Shown here: piece by piece, positions 11,923-22,847 of the stretch
Numbering within the stretch: the stretch's first letter is position 1
How the letters are laid out: each line of letters opens with the position of its first letter
Assembly (NCBI GenBank): GCA_030704615.1
Contig: CM060732.1
Location: 28,396,001 to 28,460,000 of the forward strand
Reading direction: 5' to 3'
DNA length: 64,000 bases
From: Takakia lepidozioides
Taxonomy: Eukaryota > Plantae > Bryophyta
Program-made: the position numbers and the translations under genes
The notes under the pieces: generated by a model
Databases searched by the model: none
The model's input: only the letters and a program-made list of their open reading frames with translations
What the model was told of the DNA's origin: nothing

Positions 11923-13643
11923 GCAATTTTCTGAGTTCCTGGTTTCAGTTGGTTGTGTGATTCATGATTGTTCATCCACGTCAGAGCATGGTCCATAGAC
12001 ATCAAGTAAACTCTCATGGCTGGGGATCTCAAATCCTGGAAATCCCATAGGCAGAGCCTTGACCTATTATAGCCAAGTCCAACTAAGATGCACCACTGAC
12101 CAAAAGAATCACTCAGATTTTGGCCCAAGTAAAGTTACAGTAGATTCCTTGGCCCTAATGTAAAGTGGGCCTAAGCTACTGCCATCGTTTGCTGGCTTTT
12201 GATTTTTTTGACTTTTCTGGGGCACGGAGCTCCTGTGGGTAACTAACATCAAAAGAAGAGACAAGGAAATAATATTACCTTTGACGGGAAACTCCCGTTG
12301 AAGTCTGAACAGCGGAACAAAGAACAAATTCACAGGGAAAACAAAACAAAACGAGAAGCCTGCACAGCAACAGCGGAGAAGCTACTGACGTGAATGGTAG
12401 ACTAAAATTCAAACGAGCCTTAGTTGAAGCAGAGCGAACGAAGCCACAGAAATTAGCGTTTCCTGCGCAGGGATTCGAGGTTCAAATGTGCCTTGGCCTT
12501 AGAATTTCTTCCAACACTGAGAAGGTGGAAACAAACAAGACCATTTTGCATTCCACTTACCCACGAAGGAGTTGACAGGGCTCATGAGATCGTAGCCTAA
12601 TTTTGCAAAGAGAGGATCCATCCAAAACCACTCCCAAGGATCAAACGAGCCGGCGGGGTCATGAAGAACCAGGACAAGGAGACATTTGAGCACCAAATAG
12701 TTGTTGCATCCATACTGTCTGGCGTCGGGTCATCTTCACCAGAATTAAGAGTTGATTACCCTGATTCGCTTTATCTCTCTATATAATTATGCCACAGCTA
12801 TTGGGCATGTCTTGCTGCACCTTCATAGTGCATTGGCAATTTGACTTGCTCATTGGTTCTATTGTACTCTTTACCATGGACCCTCTCGGCCTCCTGTGGA
12901 ACGCACATCCCGGGGAAGCCCAGACATAGACGATGATACAAACAAAATTCTCATGTTTTCCTCCTCTCTCTTCTGGGCCTCCCATGGACACAACTTTTAT
13001 TTCCTTATCTACTTCTGTGCACATCAGAGGAGCTTCATTCTGGTAGCTTCATTTCAGTTCTGGTGATCATTTCAAATCTTATAACGACACTGTTCGAGTC
13101 TTCACTTTTCAGCTTCAAGATAATCAACCTCAAGGGCAGGTCTTCAGCAATAAGAAAAAATATAACCCTGCAATACATGACCATACCCTCCTCTGGAAAA
13201 GAGGGAGTTTAGGATGGTTGAAAATGTGTACAATAATAATGAGCCTGTAAGTAGTGCCTTCCATTACAATTTCATTGGTGTATTGTATTCCACCAGCTCA
13301 CAGTTTCCCAGAAAATCTACACCAGAGCAAAAGGGCAAAGGAGATGCGCGTGACAACATACTTATAGATAACGGACTTTTACATCCCACTTCCTCAAACT
13401 AAATGTCTAGCTTGGAGCTACAAGAAAGCACCAAGGCATAACATTGCAATTGGCACCTGGCTAAATGATCACAACAAGAACCCCTACTTCCAAATGGACT
13501 GGGAAGGGTCGCAAAATGGGAAAATTGGCTATTGGGGTTACCTGGGGTGTAAACCTGAGAGATACGACTCGCGAGGACGAAACAGAAGAGCAACAACTCA
13601 TGGAACATTCCTGTTGGTATGTGGGCGGTGGGCGCAAGTCGCA

Positions 13644-16600
13644 TCACATCTTCAGTAGCAAGTTGAGTGAGGTGCTGTTGAATCGTTGGGAGAACCCACG
13701 AATTACAAGCACAATGATGTCACGGATATGGCGTGATTGCACCATGAGGTCAACTTCGTTCTCAGTGTCCATGACAATCTTGACACGATGCTGATCATTA
13801 CGAAACACCTCTACATGGAAGGGTGGGGCATAAGAACCTCGAATTTCAGTGGACGCAAAATGGGTTTTTGATGGTTTGACCACCTTCACTCTCTTCCTAT
13901 TGACATCCAGAACCCTCCTTTCCAAGCTCCCAAGGCCCTGTTGATGTTGGGCCTTCATTGGGGACCGATCACGGTCCCGTAAAGCCTCAAACTTCACTAC
14001 CCCAGATTCTAGCTTCAGCTTCACCTCCTTGGACACCTCCGGGTCAACTATAATAGGATCAGTTGAAGCTGAAACTGGGCCACCTTCTACCCCATCCTCG
14101 CGCACAGGAGTATACACCGCCACGAGTCTGTACCCAACATCATCCACATTCGCCTCATACATCCTGCCCACCTCACCAGAGATGGGAATGAGATCTGGGC
14201 TGCCGGCCATAGCCCGGAACCATTGAAGTGTACTCTTCCCTTCTTTGCCACCACTGTAGATCCCCCGTACAGCATAAAGGCTGGTGTGAAAACCACGCCC
14301 CTCTACCTCCAGATTCTCAATCCTCGGAAAACCTGGAGCAACAGGCGGGGTGATAATGAAAGCAGGTTCAGCTGATCTTCCAAAAACATCTGATACGATA
14401 CACTCACAATGCAGGCAGTAGCCCACATCCTCGAGCCGCACTTTGTAGGAACATACTCGCTGTGAGTGAAGGGGTTCAAATTCTTCTGTTGAATCTTGTT
14501 GCCATGAACGTGACCATTGATATTTGATGTCCTTCTTGTACTTCTCCCAGGACTGCTGCTGCAAATCACCTTTGGGTATGACCTCTAAAGCCGTCAACGT
14601 CTCACCTTCCACTGCCTTACCAGAGAGAACGAGTTGCTGTATTCTTGGAAGCTCTGGATAAGTCGGAGGGCTGGGCTCTGACAGCACAATCTTTCCAGAA
14701 ACTCCATCTGCTCGAACAGGAGTGTACCCAAAGATGATGGTGCACGTGTAATCATCGTCAGTGACCTCATAAGTCTTGGACTGTGCCCCTGCAATGTGGG
14801 TGCGGAGACCTCCAGTAGTTTGGCGATACCAGCACATGCGACTTTCGCCCTCTATGCCGCCATAGTACTCACCCTCTCCAACAAACACGCCAATTGACAT
14901 TTCCCTCACACTCACATTCCGCACTACTGGAAGTGCAGGTGCTACAGGGAGATTACTGTAGGCTATGATAGGTGTGCCTCGTCTACCGTCTTCACGCACA
15001 GGAACCCAGTTTAATACCAGGTATGATCCCACGTCATCCAACCTTGGGGTGTACACCTCAGAGTCACTGAGAAAACTGCCATCCTCAGGCATTAGACCCT
15101 CCTTGGGCTTGTGTGATGTCCTGTACCAAGTGTATTCACCTTCCCCTTCCTGGCCACCAAAGTAAGACTTCCGAGGTACTACTTCAATGTCCTCGAAGCA
15201 TTGTGGAATTACAAGATCCATGCCCTCTGGTTCTCCATCGACCACCACATCTGAGACAACTGATCGTGAGTCCCCAGTGGAGCCATCCTTCCGCACTGGC
15301 GTGAAAACCAGCTCAATGCAGCTGCCCACTTCCTCAGCAGTTACGTCAAGAACAGCCTCACTGCTCAACGGGTCCTGGCTGCCATCAGGGTTTAGCCTAA
15401 CCCATTCATGAGTGCAGGCACCTTTCTCTCCACCTTTGTAAGAAGCCTTGAAGCTAAGGCTTCCACCTTCCACTGGGGCACCACAAATCTCCAGGGAACC
15501 ACAGCTTGGAGGAGCTGGAACCACAGGACCCACAGTCGAGGAGACAGCAACCGGACCAGTTGCTCCATCAACGCGGACGGGCTCACAGGAAACGCAAAGC
15601 AGGCCATCAATATCTTCACTCTGCACAATATATGATTGCTGTGTGGCTCCTTTAATCTCACGCTGTGTCCCATCTTGTCGAGTCAGGAACCACTGGACCT
15701 TCGAGCAACCTTCCAACCCACCCCAGTACTCCATTTCAATTTGCAGCTCCTGAGCCTCAATGGGTTCCCCACGAATATGCAGTGACAGCAACTTTGGAGA
15801 TCCTGCGCGTATCCGCTCCATGCCAAATACAGTCTTCCAGTCACCAACTAAATTATCATCTCTAACTGGTTGACACCTGAAGGAGATGAATTTGTTGACA
15901 GCGAGCCTTGTTACTTTGTATTGCAGCCCTGATGCTTCTGTTGCAAGAGTACCAGGATCACTTTCACTCTCATGCAAATACCAGCTGTACTGACTCACCC
16001 CTTCATAACCTCCAGCATACCCATACTGCGCCGTTAGCGTTTCACCCTCCATGTAGTCACCCACTATATTGAGGAAGGTCAGCCCTGGGGGCAGCATCTC
16101 AACCATACTTTCTGAGATAACAAACACGGGTTCGCCACTCTCCCCATCAGAGCGCATGGGGGTGTACTTGGCAACTAGATAGTGGCCTACCGCTCCAAGA
16201 GGTATTCGGAATGCCTTTGCAACCTTGGAACTGCTGAGAGGCTCTATCTGGCCCTCCTCAGTGGGCAGGATGGGAGAAGATATCTTGAACCATTGCACCC
16301 GGCTGGCTCCTTCTGTTCCCCCAGTAAAGATAGCACTGATGGCCACTTTACTCCCCTCCTTCAAGTCACCCACAATTCTCAACTTCTCTACCCTTGGTGG
16401 AGCAAGTAAAACCATTGTACTCATGGCAGAAACAGGATCACCCTGATTCCCTTCTGAGTTGACAGGAGTGTACAGGAACATCATGCGCAAACCCACATCT
16501 TCCTCAGTCAGTCTGTAGTCCACAGTCCCCCTGGACACTAGCTTGAACTCCCCTGACTCTAGATTCTCCCGAAGCCACTCGAACTTGCTTGCACCCTCTT

Positions 16601-19496
16601 TTCCTCCAAAGTACTTGCCAGTCCCATGGATAACAATCCCTTCCACAGCCTCGCCCACAATGTGCACCGCACTCACACATGGAGGAGCTGCTTCAATGAT
16701 GGGTGTCGCTGCATACTGTGGCTCTCCTTTCACACCCTCCTCTGTGACAGGGGTGAACATAAAAATAAGACTGGAGCCCACATCATCCAGTGTCAGCTGG
16801 TACTCAGAGTCTTCAGCTCCCATTATTGCTTCTGGGCTGCTGTTTTCTGCATGCCTCAACCAACTTGCAACGGACTTGCCAGGTGTCCCTCCGCACCATG
16901 CAACAGCAGCAGAACCTCTGACCCTACTCCCCTCTACCACATCTCCCTCAACTTCCAATCGGAGGACCTTAGGGCAACCAGTCCCAGGAGAAACTGGCAA
17001 TGAAATGGCAAAAACTGAAGGGTATTCTGTCTCCCCCAGCACAACAGTGCACTCCACTTTCAGGCAGTTCCCCACATCCTCATGCTTTGGCCAGTAAGTG
17101 TCACTCACAGCCCCTTCAATCGGCACAAAGTTTGCGGGAGTCTTTTCTCCGACATACCATTGATACCGGAGGACGAGCTCAGAATCTTCAAATGCCCCTT
17201 CGACTTTCTCAAAAAGAAACTCACTGCGGCATGGATCTTCCTCAGCAGGCTGATCAACAAAAGCTTTCTTCACCACATATCCGGGTGGCATGCTCTCACT
17301 CCACTGTGACACCAGGAACTCCATCGTCGACTCTGCAGCCTCTTCAGGATCACAGAGTTCCCAGCCCTCTCGAATGCACAAGGCTGTGCTAGCTGGGTAC
17401 AAGCGGGCCAGCTCTTGCTCATCCACTGACAGGTCTCGATCATTGAACTTTTTCAGGGTTGGACCAACAAGTAGAATGGATGCTGCCTCAACGTGGAAGG
17501 CCTCCAATATGGGATTCTCTTCCAAGCGCAAGTGCTCTAGAGCAGGCAGATGCGGAAAACCCTTGAGGGTGGAGATTTTGTTTTTACTGGCAGCTAGAAC
17601 TTGGAGCCTCGGCTGTGATGCCATGGCAAGCGACTTGATTTTGTTCTGTGCAACTGACAAAAACTCCAAGTTTGGCAGTTGAGGCAGCCCACTCAGGGAT
17701 GTAATTTGATTCCCAGCAAGATACAGTTGCTGGAGGGCCTTGCAGGTTGCCAACGGCTCAAATCCAGCCCCTTTGAACTCGTTGAAGCTGAGATCCAAGA
17801 CCTTCACTCGTCTTAGAATCTCAATTCCATTCAAAGTTGACAGCTTGTTGTCTCTGAGGTACACAAACTCCATCTTTGGTGTCAAATTCACCAGGTTGCC
17901 GTCCAGGCTTCGCACCTTCTGGCCCCTCAGATCAAGACGCACGTCGTCTCCTCCCTTGATGTCCACTGGAGGAAGAGCTACAAACCGAGAGTCTCGAGAT
18001 TCAGAGGTCAGTGACTTTCTTCGAGAAAGCATACTTGGAGCTCGATCAGTAGACTGGGGTGGAGATGGAGGCTTCAAAGCTCGATCAGCAGACTGCTGTG
18101 GAGATGACTGCTTTAAAGCACTGCTATTCGTACTTGAGAATGAAGAAGAAGGAGACAGCTTTGCTTTGCTGCTAGAACTTGGTGCCTTTTGTACAGGAGA
18201 TGTGAAAGACGGAGAAGAGGACAACTTTGTTAGGATATTAGGTGAGCTTTGCACTCTGTCTGTAGGACTTGAGAATGTAGAAGAGGAACCAAGCTTAGCA
18301 ATTCCGCTGGTCGCCTCTGCAAAGCTTGAAGACCACTTGGGGACGGATGCAGATGGACTGAGCTTCTTCTTGGTTGCTGGCCTACCAACACCACCATTCG
18401 TTACCGGAGACTTGTGGTTTCCTGCAGTCAGGGAAGGTGTTACAAGTTGAGTTTGATCTGGGCTGCTTTGGACTTCGGATAACAGAGCTAAAGGTACTAC
18501 TGATGACTTACCAGACTCATTGGCAGACTTGAATGTTGGTGTGGAGGGACTGCTGCGCCGCAGATAATTGCTAGCCGCTTTCGGCGAAGAAGGCGTTCGG
18601 GGTGATCCTCCAGAGACACTGCTGGGTCTGCTAGACGCAGTCTTCGGCGACGGCAACTTGGGAGAGGAAGATGAAGCCCACTTCCTGAGCTCAGAAGCCG
18701 ACACATCGATTGATCTGGAAGAGAGTGAACTGATGCCCGACAAGGAGGCACGCCGGGGGTCACTGGTAGGAGTTGAGGCGCCTGACAAGGACGCTCGTCG
18801 GGGATCACTTGTAGGAGTTTTGGCCTTGGAAGGTGTGGAGAGAGCCAATGTGCGAGGGCTTGCTGAACTCCTCCTCGTGATCGGGGTGCTGGGACTCTCG
18901 GTTGGTATGATTAAGCTGCGCTTCTTCATTACAGGAGCCTTGGATGGGATTGGGGGCCCTAAGCTGCCATAGCCATTGTTGTCAGCGAGCGACCCACCAC
19001 TACCATCGTCTCCACCGCTAGCCTGAGCTTCCAGTCGCCGAGCTGCAGCTGCCGAAGATGAGGACCTCAGAAATGGCTTCGGAGATCCAGACCCTGGTGT
19101 CCGTGGTGATATCGGTGTACTCCTCTTCAATGGTGTAGATGCCACCGGCGATAGCTTGCTGACTTTCCCTCCTTTTGACGCAGACCCTCCTTTCACTGTT
19201 CTGCCATCCCCTCCTGGAGCTCCAGACGAGCATTCGGTAGCCGCATTGCCATTTGCATTCGATTCACAAGTTTCGTCTGGGAGAGAAGGTGGAGCGGATA
19301 CAAGCGACTCAATCTCTGCATCTATGGCGAGATCCCCAGCTGGATCATCTGAATTTGCAGATTCCTCCTGAGCTGCTTCTACATCCAGCTCTGCATTGTC
19401 CGACGCTGAGCCCTCGACTGGAATGTCGTCAGATATCGGCGGAGGCGGAGAGGGATGTCCATCCACCGTGGACTCAGTGGCTATGACCTCATCCAT
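13644..19496 (-). CDS. AIR9: AIR9-like microtubule-associated protein (~1950 aa), single coding exon
   Basis: Ser/Pro/basic N-terminus, DDVRLDLRGQKVRSL followed by LRRs (LTPKMEFVYLRDNKLS...), multiple A9 Ig-like repeats (YFGGKEG, Y.LT.DDVG...FMYTPV..DG..G) and C-terminal FSQRFNSTSLNLLLKM. ATG at 19496; the ORF track starts 2 codons earlier at GTG. A probable 5' UTR intron lies at ~19520-19844. Confidence 0.93.
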   Translation of the reverse strand: MDEVIATESTVDGHPSPPPPISDDIPVEGSASDNAELDVEAAQEESANSDDPAGDLAIDAEIESLVSAPPSLPDETCESNANGNAATECSSGAPGGDGRTVKGGSASKGGKVSKLSPVASTPLKRSTPISPRTPGSGSPKPFLRSSSSAAAARRLEAQASGGDDGSGGSLADNNGYGSLGPPIPSKAPVMKKRSLIIPTESPSTPITRRSSASPRTLALSTPSKAKTPTSDPRRASLSGASTPTSDPRRASLSGISSLSSRSIDVSASELRKWASSSSPKLPSPKTASSRPSSVSGGSPRTPSSPKAASNYLRRSSPSTPTFKSANESGKSSVVPLALLSEVQSSPDQTQLVTPSLTAGNHKSPVTNGGVGRPATKKKLSPSASVPKWSSSFAEATSGIAKLGSSSTFSSPTDRVQSSPNILTKLSSSPSFTSPVQKAPSSSSKAKLSPSSSFSSTNSSALKQSSPQQSADRALKPPSPPQSTDRAPSMLSRRKSLTSESRDSRFVALPPVDIKGGDDVRLDLRGQKVRSLDGNLVNLTPKMEFVYLRDNKLSTLNGIEILRRVKVLDLSFNEFKGAGFEPLATCKALQQLYLAGNQITSLSGLPQLPNLEFLSVAQNKIKSLAMASQPRLQVLAASKNKISTLKGFPHLPALEHLRLEENPILEAFHVEAASILLVGPTLKKFNDRDLSVDEQELARLYPASTALCIREGWELCDPEEAAESTMEFLVSQWSESMPPGYVVKKAFVDQPAEEDPCRSEFLFEKVEGAFEDSELVLRYQWYVGEKTPANFVPIEGAVSDTYWPKHEDVGNCLKVECTVVLGETEYPSVFAISLPVSPGTGCPKVLRLEVEGDVVEGSRVRGSAAVAWCGGTPGKSVASWLRHAENSSPEAIMGAEDSEYQLTLDDVGSSLIFMFTPVTEEGVKGEPQYAATPIIEAAPPCVSAVHIVGEAVEGIVIHGTGKYFGGKEGASKFEWLRENLESGEFKLVSRGTVDYRLTEEDVGLRMMFLYTPVNSEGNQGDPVSAMSTMVLLAPPRVEKLRIVGDLKEGSKVAISAIFTGGTEGASRVQWFKISSPILPTEEGQIEPLSSSKVAKAFRIPLGAVGHYLVAKYTPMRSDGESGEPVFVISESMVEMLPPGLTFLNIVGDYMEGETLTAQYGYAGGYEGVSQYSWYLHESESDPGTLATEASGLQYKVTRLAVNKFISFRCQPVRDDNLVGDWKTVFGMERIRAGSPKLLSLHIRGEPIEAQELQIEMEYWGGLEGCSKVQWFLTRQDGTQREIKGATQQSYIVQSEDIDGLLCVSCEPVRVDGATGPVAVSSTVGPVVPAPPSCGSLEICGAPVEGGSLSFKASYKGGEKGACTHEWVRLNPDGSQDPLSSEAVLDVTAEEVGSCIELVFTPVRKDGSTGDSRSVVSDVVVDGEPEGMDLVIPQCFEDIEVVPRKSYFGGQEGEGEYTWYRTSHKPKEGLMPEDGSFLSDSEVYTPRLDDVGSYLVLNWVPVREDGRRGTPIIAYSNLPVAPALPVVRNVSVREMSIGVFVGEGEYYGGIEGESRMCWYRQTTGGLRTHIAGAQSKTYEVTDDDYTCTIIFGYTPVRADGVSGKIVLSEPSPPTYPELPRIQQLVLSGKAVEGETLTALEVIPKGDLQQQSWEKYKKDIKYQWSRSWQQDSTEEFEPLHSQRVCSYKVRLEDVGYCLHCECIVSDVFGRSAEPAFIITPPVAPGFPRIENLEVEGRGFHTSLYAVRGIYSGGKEGKSTLQWFRAMAGSPDLIPISGEVGRMYEANVDDVGYRLVAVYTPVREDGVEGGPVSASTDPIIVDPEVSKEVKLKLESGVVKFEALRDRDRSPMKAQHQQGLGSLERRVLDVNRKRVKVVKPSKTHFASTEIRGSYAPPFHVEVFRNDQHRVKIVMDTENEVDLMVQSRHIRDIIVLVIRGFSQRFNSTSLNLLLKM

Positions 19497-22400
19497 GGCC
19501 ACCAGAAGCGAGGAGCAGCTGGATCACATAAAACGCAGGAACAACTCCACACAACAAACTGCAAGCTTCTCCCTGCACGCTTTGCAGCCAGGAGTTAACC
19601 TACAGTCGGCCGACCCCTGCATTGCGAGAGAAAATGCCAAAACAACAATGCAGTACGAAGAGACGGAGGACAAGGCAGGGGACAGCGCAGAGAAGCTAAA
19701 AGACGAAACGCATATGTGCCAGATCCCAGAATCCTCCAAGTCTCCCCGTGCAACACAGGCGACCGCCCATGAAACAATGCAGCAGCGCCAGACATAGAGA
19801 AGACATCAGAAGACGAACAAGGAGGCACAGGACGCCACAAGTACCTGACCATGAACCAGACCACCAGTTCGGTAGCAAATAACGTGCCCTGCTCGCTGCA
19901 CCCCCCGGGGGCCCGAACGAGAAACGCAGATGTGAGAAGGAGGACAGCGACGACGCAGCGATGCAATGCAGCGCGCTACGATACGTCAGTGCAGCGATCC
20001 GCAGCAACAACACTTCGCAGCACTCTCGTCGCGCATCGCCGGGCACCAGAGCCAGAGAGACGAGCGTGACGTCACTGTGGCACGCCTCTCACGCCACCCT
20101 CCCTCCTCCCATTGTCTGTGGATGAAACCTGCGCGCTTCCCTCCTTTTCTGTGCCTGCACTCTGTCCATTCCGAGTCGCGGGGCAGTCTGCATATTGACA
20201 AAGGGAATGTTGGCGCGGTGCTTGCGAGCGGGCCGGTTGGAATGTATACGTAGCATTTCACATCAAGGCATTTTTGGAATTCCCTAAGCAGCCACAGCCC
20301 GCGCAATGGCCGGTCTCTAGTCTCTAGTCTCTAAGTCTCTCAAGTCGATGGAACAGAATCCCGGCCGCGAGGGTGTGGTGTTGTTGGTGGTGCCCCACAC
20401 GGCGCTGTGAGTGTGGCAGATGCGCATGTGGGTGTGGCAGAGGGCCTCTGCTCCGGGAAATGGAAACATGGGTGTGGCCTTGTTTCATATATTTTACGGT
20501 GTGGGCGGGAATAGGAGAGCTGGAAATGGGATGGATGAACTTGTTAGCGGTTCTGACTATACACCATGTGATTGTGAGAGCGTGCTGACAAGGTGGGTCC
20601 ATGACACTAGACTTGAAACATGGACGGCGGCGGAAAGGGAGGGAAAAAGAGGATTGGTGAGAACATGAGACTTCACCAACACAGTTAGGTACCAAAACTG
20701 CTTTTTGTAAACTTATATAACTTACAACTCAACTTTCCCTAGTGAGAGACACGAAGAAAGAGGAGTGTCGGTTGTCTTTACGTGGCTGTAAGCGTCAATG
20801 TTGCTCATCAAGTTCTTACTGCAATTACAATACCTTTGCTTGGCAGTTGGTTGTTGGAGTTGAGCCTGGTGCTTGAGAGCGCAGACAATTCAACTTTTCT
20901 CGTTGCTGTTGTCGGCAGCCCAGCATGGCCAACCACTACTTAGAATTGCAGCCACGTAGTCAAGAGAGTGAGAGTGGGAGAGGGAGGGAGGGAGGTGAAG
21001 AGATGCGCCGACTTTCACAAAATCTTGTATCGCCCTTTGCCTGATCACTTTCATCATTGAAATTGATTTGCCTTTAATATCCAAGACTGTTTGTGGAGGT
21101 GCTTGCTAATGCAGCGTGCCAAATCTAACCGCCATTGGCTCTAGCCAATCACTGTAGTTGCCAAGTTAGAGTCCAATGCGGCGAGTCCAAGAAAGTGGGT
21201 GATGAATGGAATGGTGGTTCGAGGTGCATGGCATGGGACTTGGCACCAACCTCCCTGTCAGAGTGTACACTAGTACTTACCTGCTTTGATGGGGAGGTGG
21301 GTAACTTATTAGAAAGCGGCGAGCACCCATCTGCTCCAGTGAAACACGCTAAAGCTTAGCTTAGGTCGGGACGTCGGGACCAGTGACGGAGAAGCGCATC
21401 AAGCCCATCTGCAATACCAGCAGACAATGTATTCTGGCCTCGGAAAGGAGTGACGCCAAACTTTTTTAGGGTTCAGCCGCTTTACTGCCCACAGGTTTTG
21501 AACCCCACAACTCAACACTCCGGCCCATTGAGTAATAAGAGGCAGACTTGGCGAAAGCTTCTTGTAGCTGAGCTCTTAGAAACGAGAAGATGGGGGCGTA
21601 CAGCATGATTGTGATACGACAACAGACTCTCTCCAAGAATGAGCTTTACTTATTGAGGAAGCAAGAGAGGAAAGGGCACTCCCAGTGTAAAGAGGAATGA
21701 CTGAAAGTATCGGGAATTTTCTGCACCATGTTTGACTGCGTTCTACAAGGCCAGACAAGAGATGATCTGGCAGAGCTTGCACTAAAGACAGAATGTAGCA
21801 TCACACTCTTATTACCACAGCAATGGCACTTTGAGCTACATCTTGTTTTGTATACTACACATTTCTTCCAGGGAAGTTTACAGCCGACCATGTTCCATGG
21901 CCAAACAAACATCATCAAACTTTCTCTGAATAAAATTTATATGCCCTTGACACACGAGATCGAGAGCAATCCAGTCAGTAATCACAATATTTTATCTGGC
22001 CTGGATTCAAGTGCAGTGTTCCATGGACTCTGGAGTCTGGACTGATGAGAAGGTGCCAACTTGGAAGCATGAAACCCCTTCCTATCTTCAACTTAAGTGT
22101 GTCACTCTTCTGACAAAGTTTTCAATGGCATTGCAGTGCAGAGGGCATGCTACTTGCCATGCACACAGTAGGCGCATTCAGTTGCCTCTCACTCTAGAAA
22201 GACACACTGACTACCAGGAAGCAAGGAGCCACGCATTGGCTTAACCATGAGGGGCATCATACCACCCTTCATCGTCCCCACATCTTCATTTCGTCTCAGG
22301 TTTACAGTTAACTTACCTTGGCCTCAATGGGTTGTTACTGGTCCACCACACAAGAATAACACAGCAAGACATCACTGACTTCCTATAAACTGCAGCACCT

Positions 22401-22847
22401 ACGTTTATGGTTGCATGGCTCTAGTAGAGGGTAGAGGACAGTCTAGTCAGTTCTCTCTCCTTGCTAAGTCGCAGATTACCACCCGCATGCCTCAAAAATC
22501 ACTAAGATGGGCATTTCAAATAGGAAAAGGCTGGTTTCAAGCAACACATGCCTGATTTTTTGTCTCCCTCTAAAAAAGAAGTCTACACTTCAATGAAGTA
22601 ACAACATTCATCCGTGCCATGTCTCTCAACAAGCAAACGAAATTTTAACCTGAACTAGCTGTATATCAGGGAAACCCATGGGTTACCAGGCAAATATGAG
22701 TGCAATCCTTCTCATCACTACACAGCCCCATCCAGCAACACGAGAATCAAAATCAAGTTCAAATGAACTTGACCACCAAAACTCACACTCCTGGTACACC
22801 AGCGAACCATGTATCTAAAAAATTGGGGACTCCCGGTGAAGGTCTAA

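Noticed and set aside
14029-19486. Long plus-strand ORFs over AIR9 (e.g. 17740-18450, 16543-17097)
   Set aside because: Antisense shadows of a conserved coding sequence with no recognisable domains.
7405-19496. Functional microtubule gene cluster (IQD, TBCC, AIR9)
   Set aside because: The IQD piece is only a fragment, and two adjacent genes are weak evidence without synteny or co-expression data.
22309-22345. U1 snRNA-like ACTTACCT motif
   Set aside because: Similarity does not extend convincingly; it is more simply a minus-strand splice donor downstream of calnexin.
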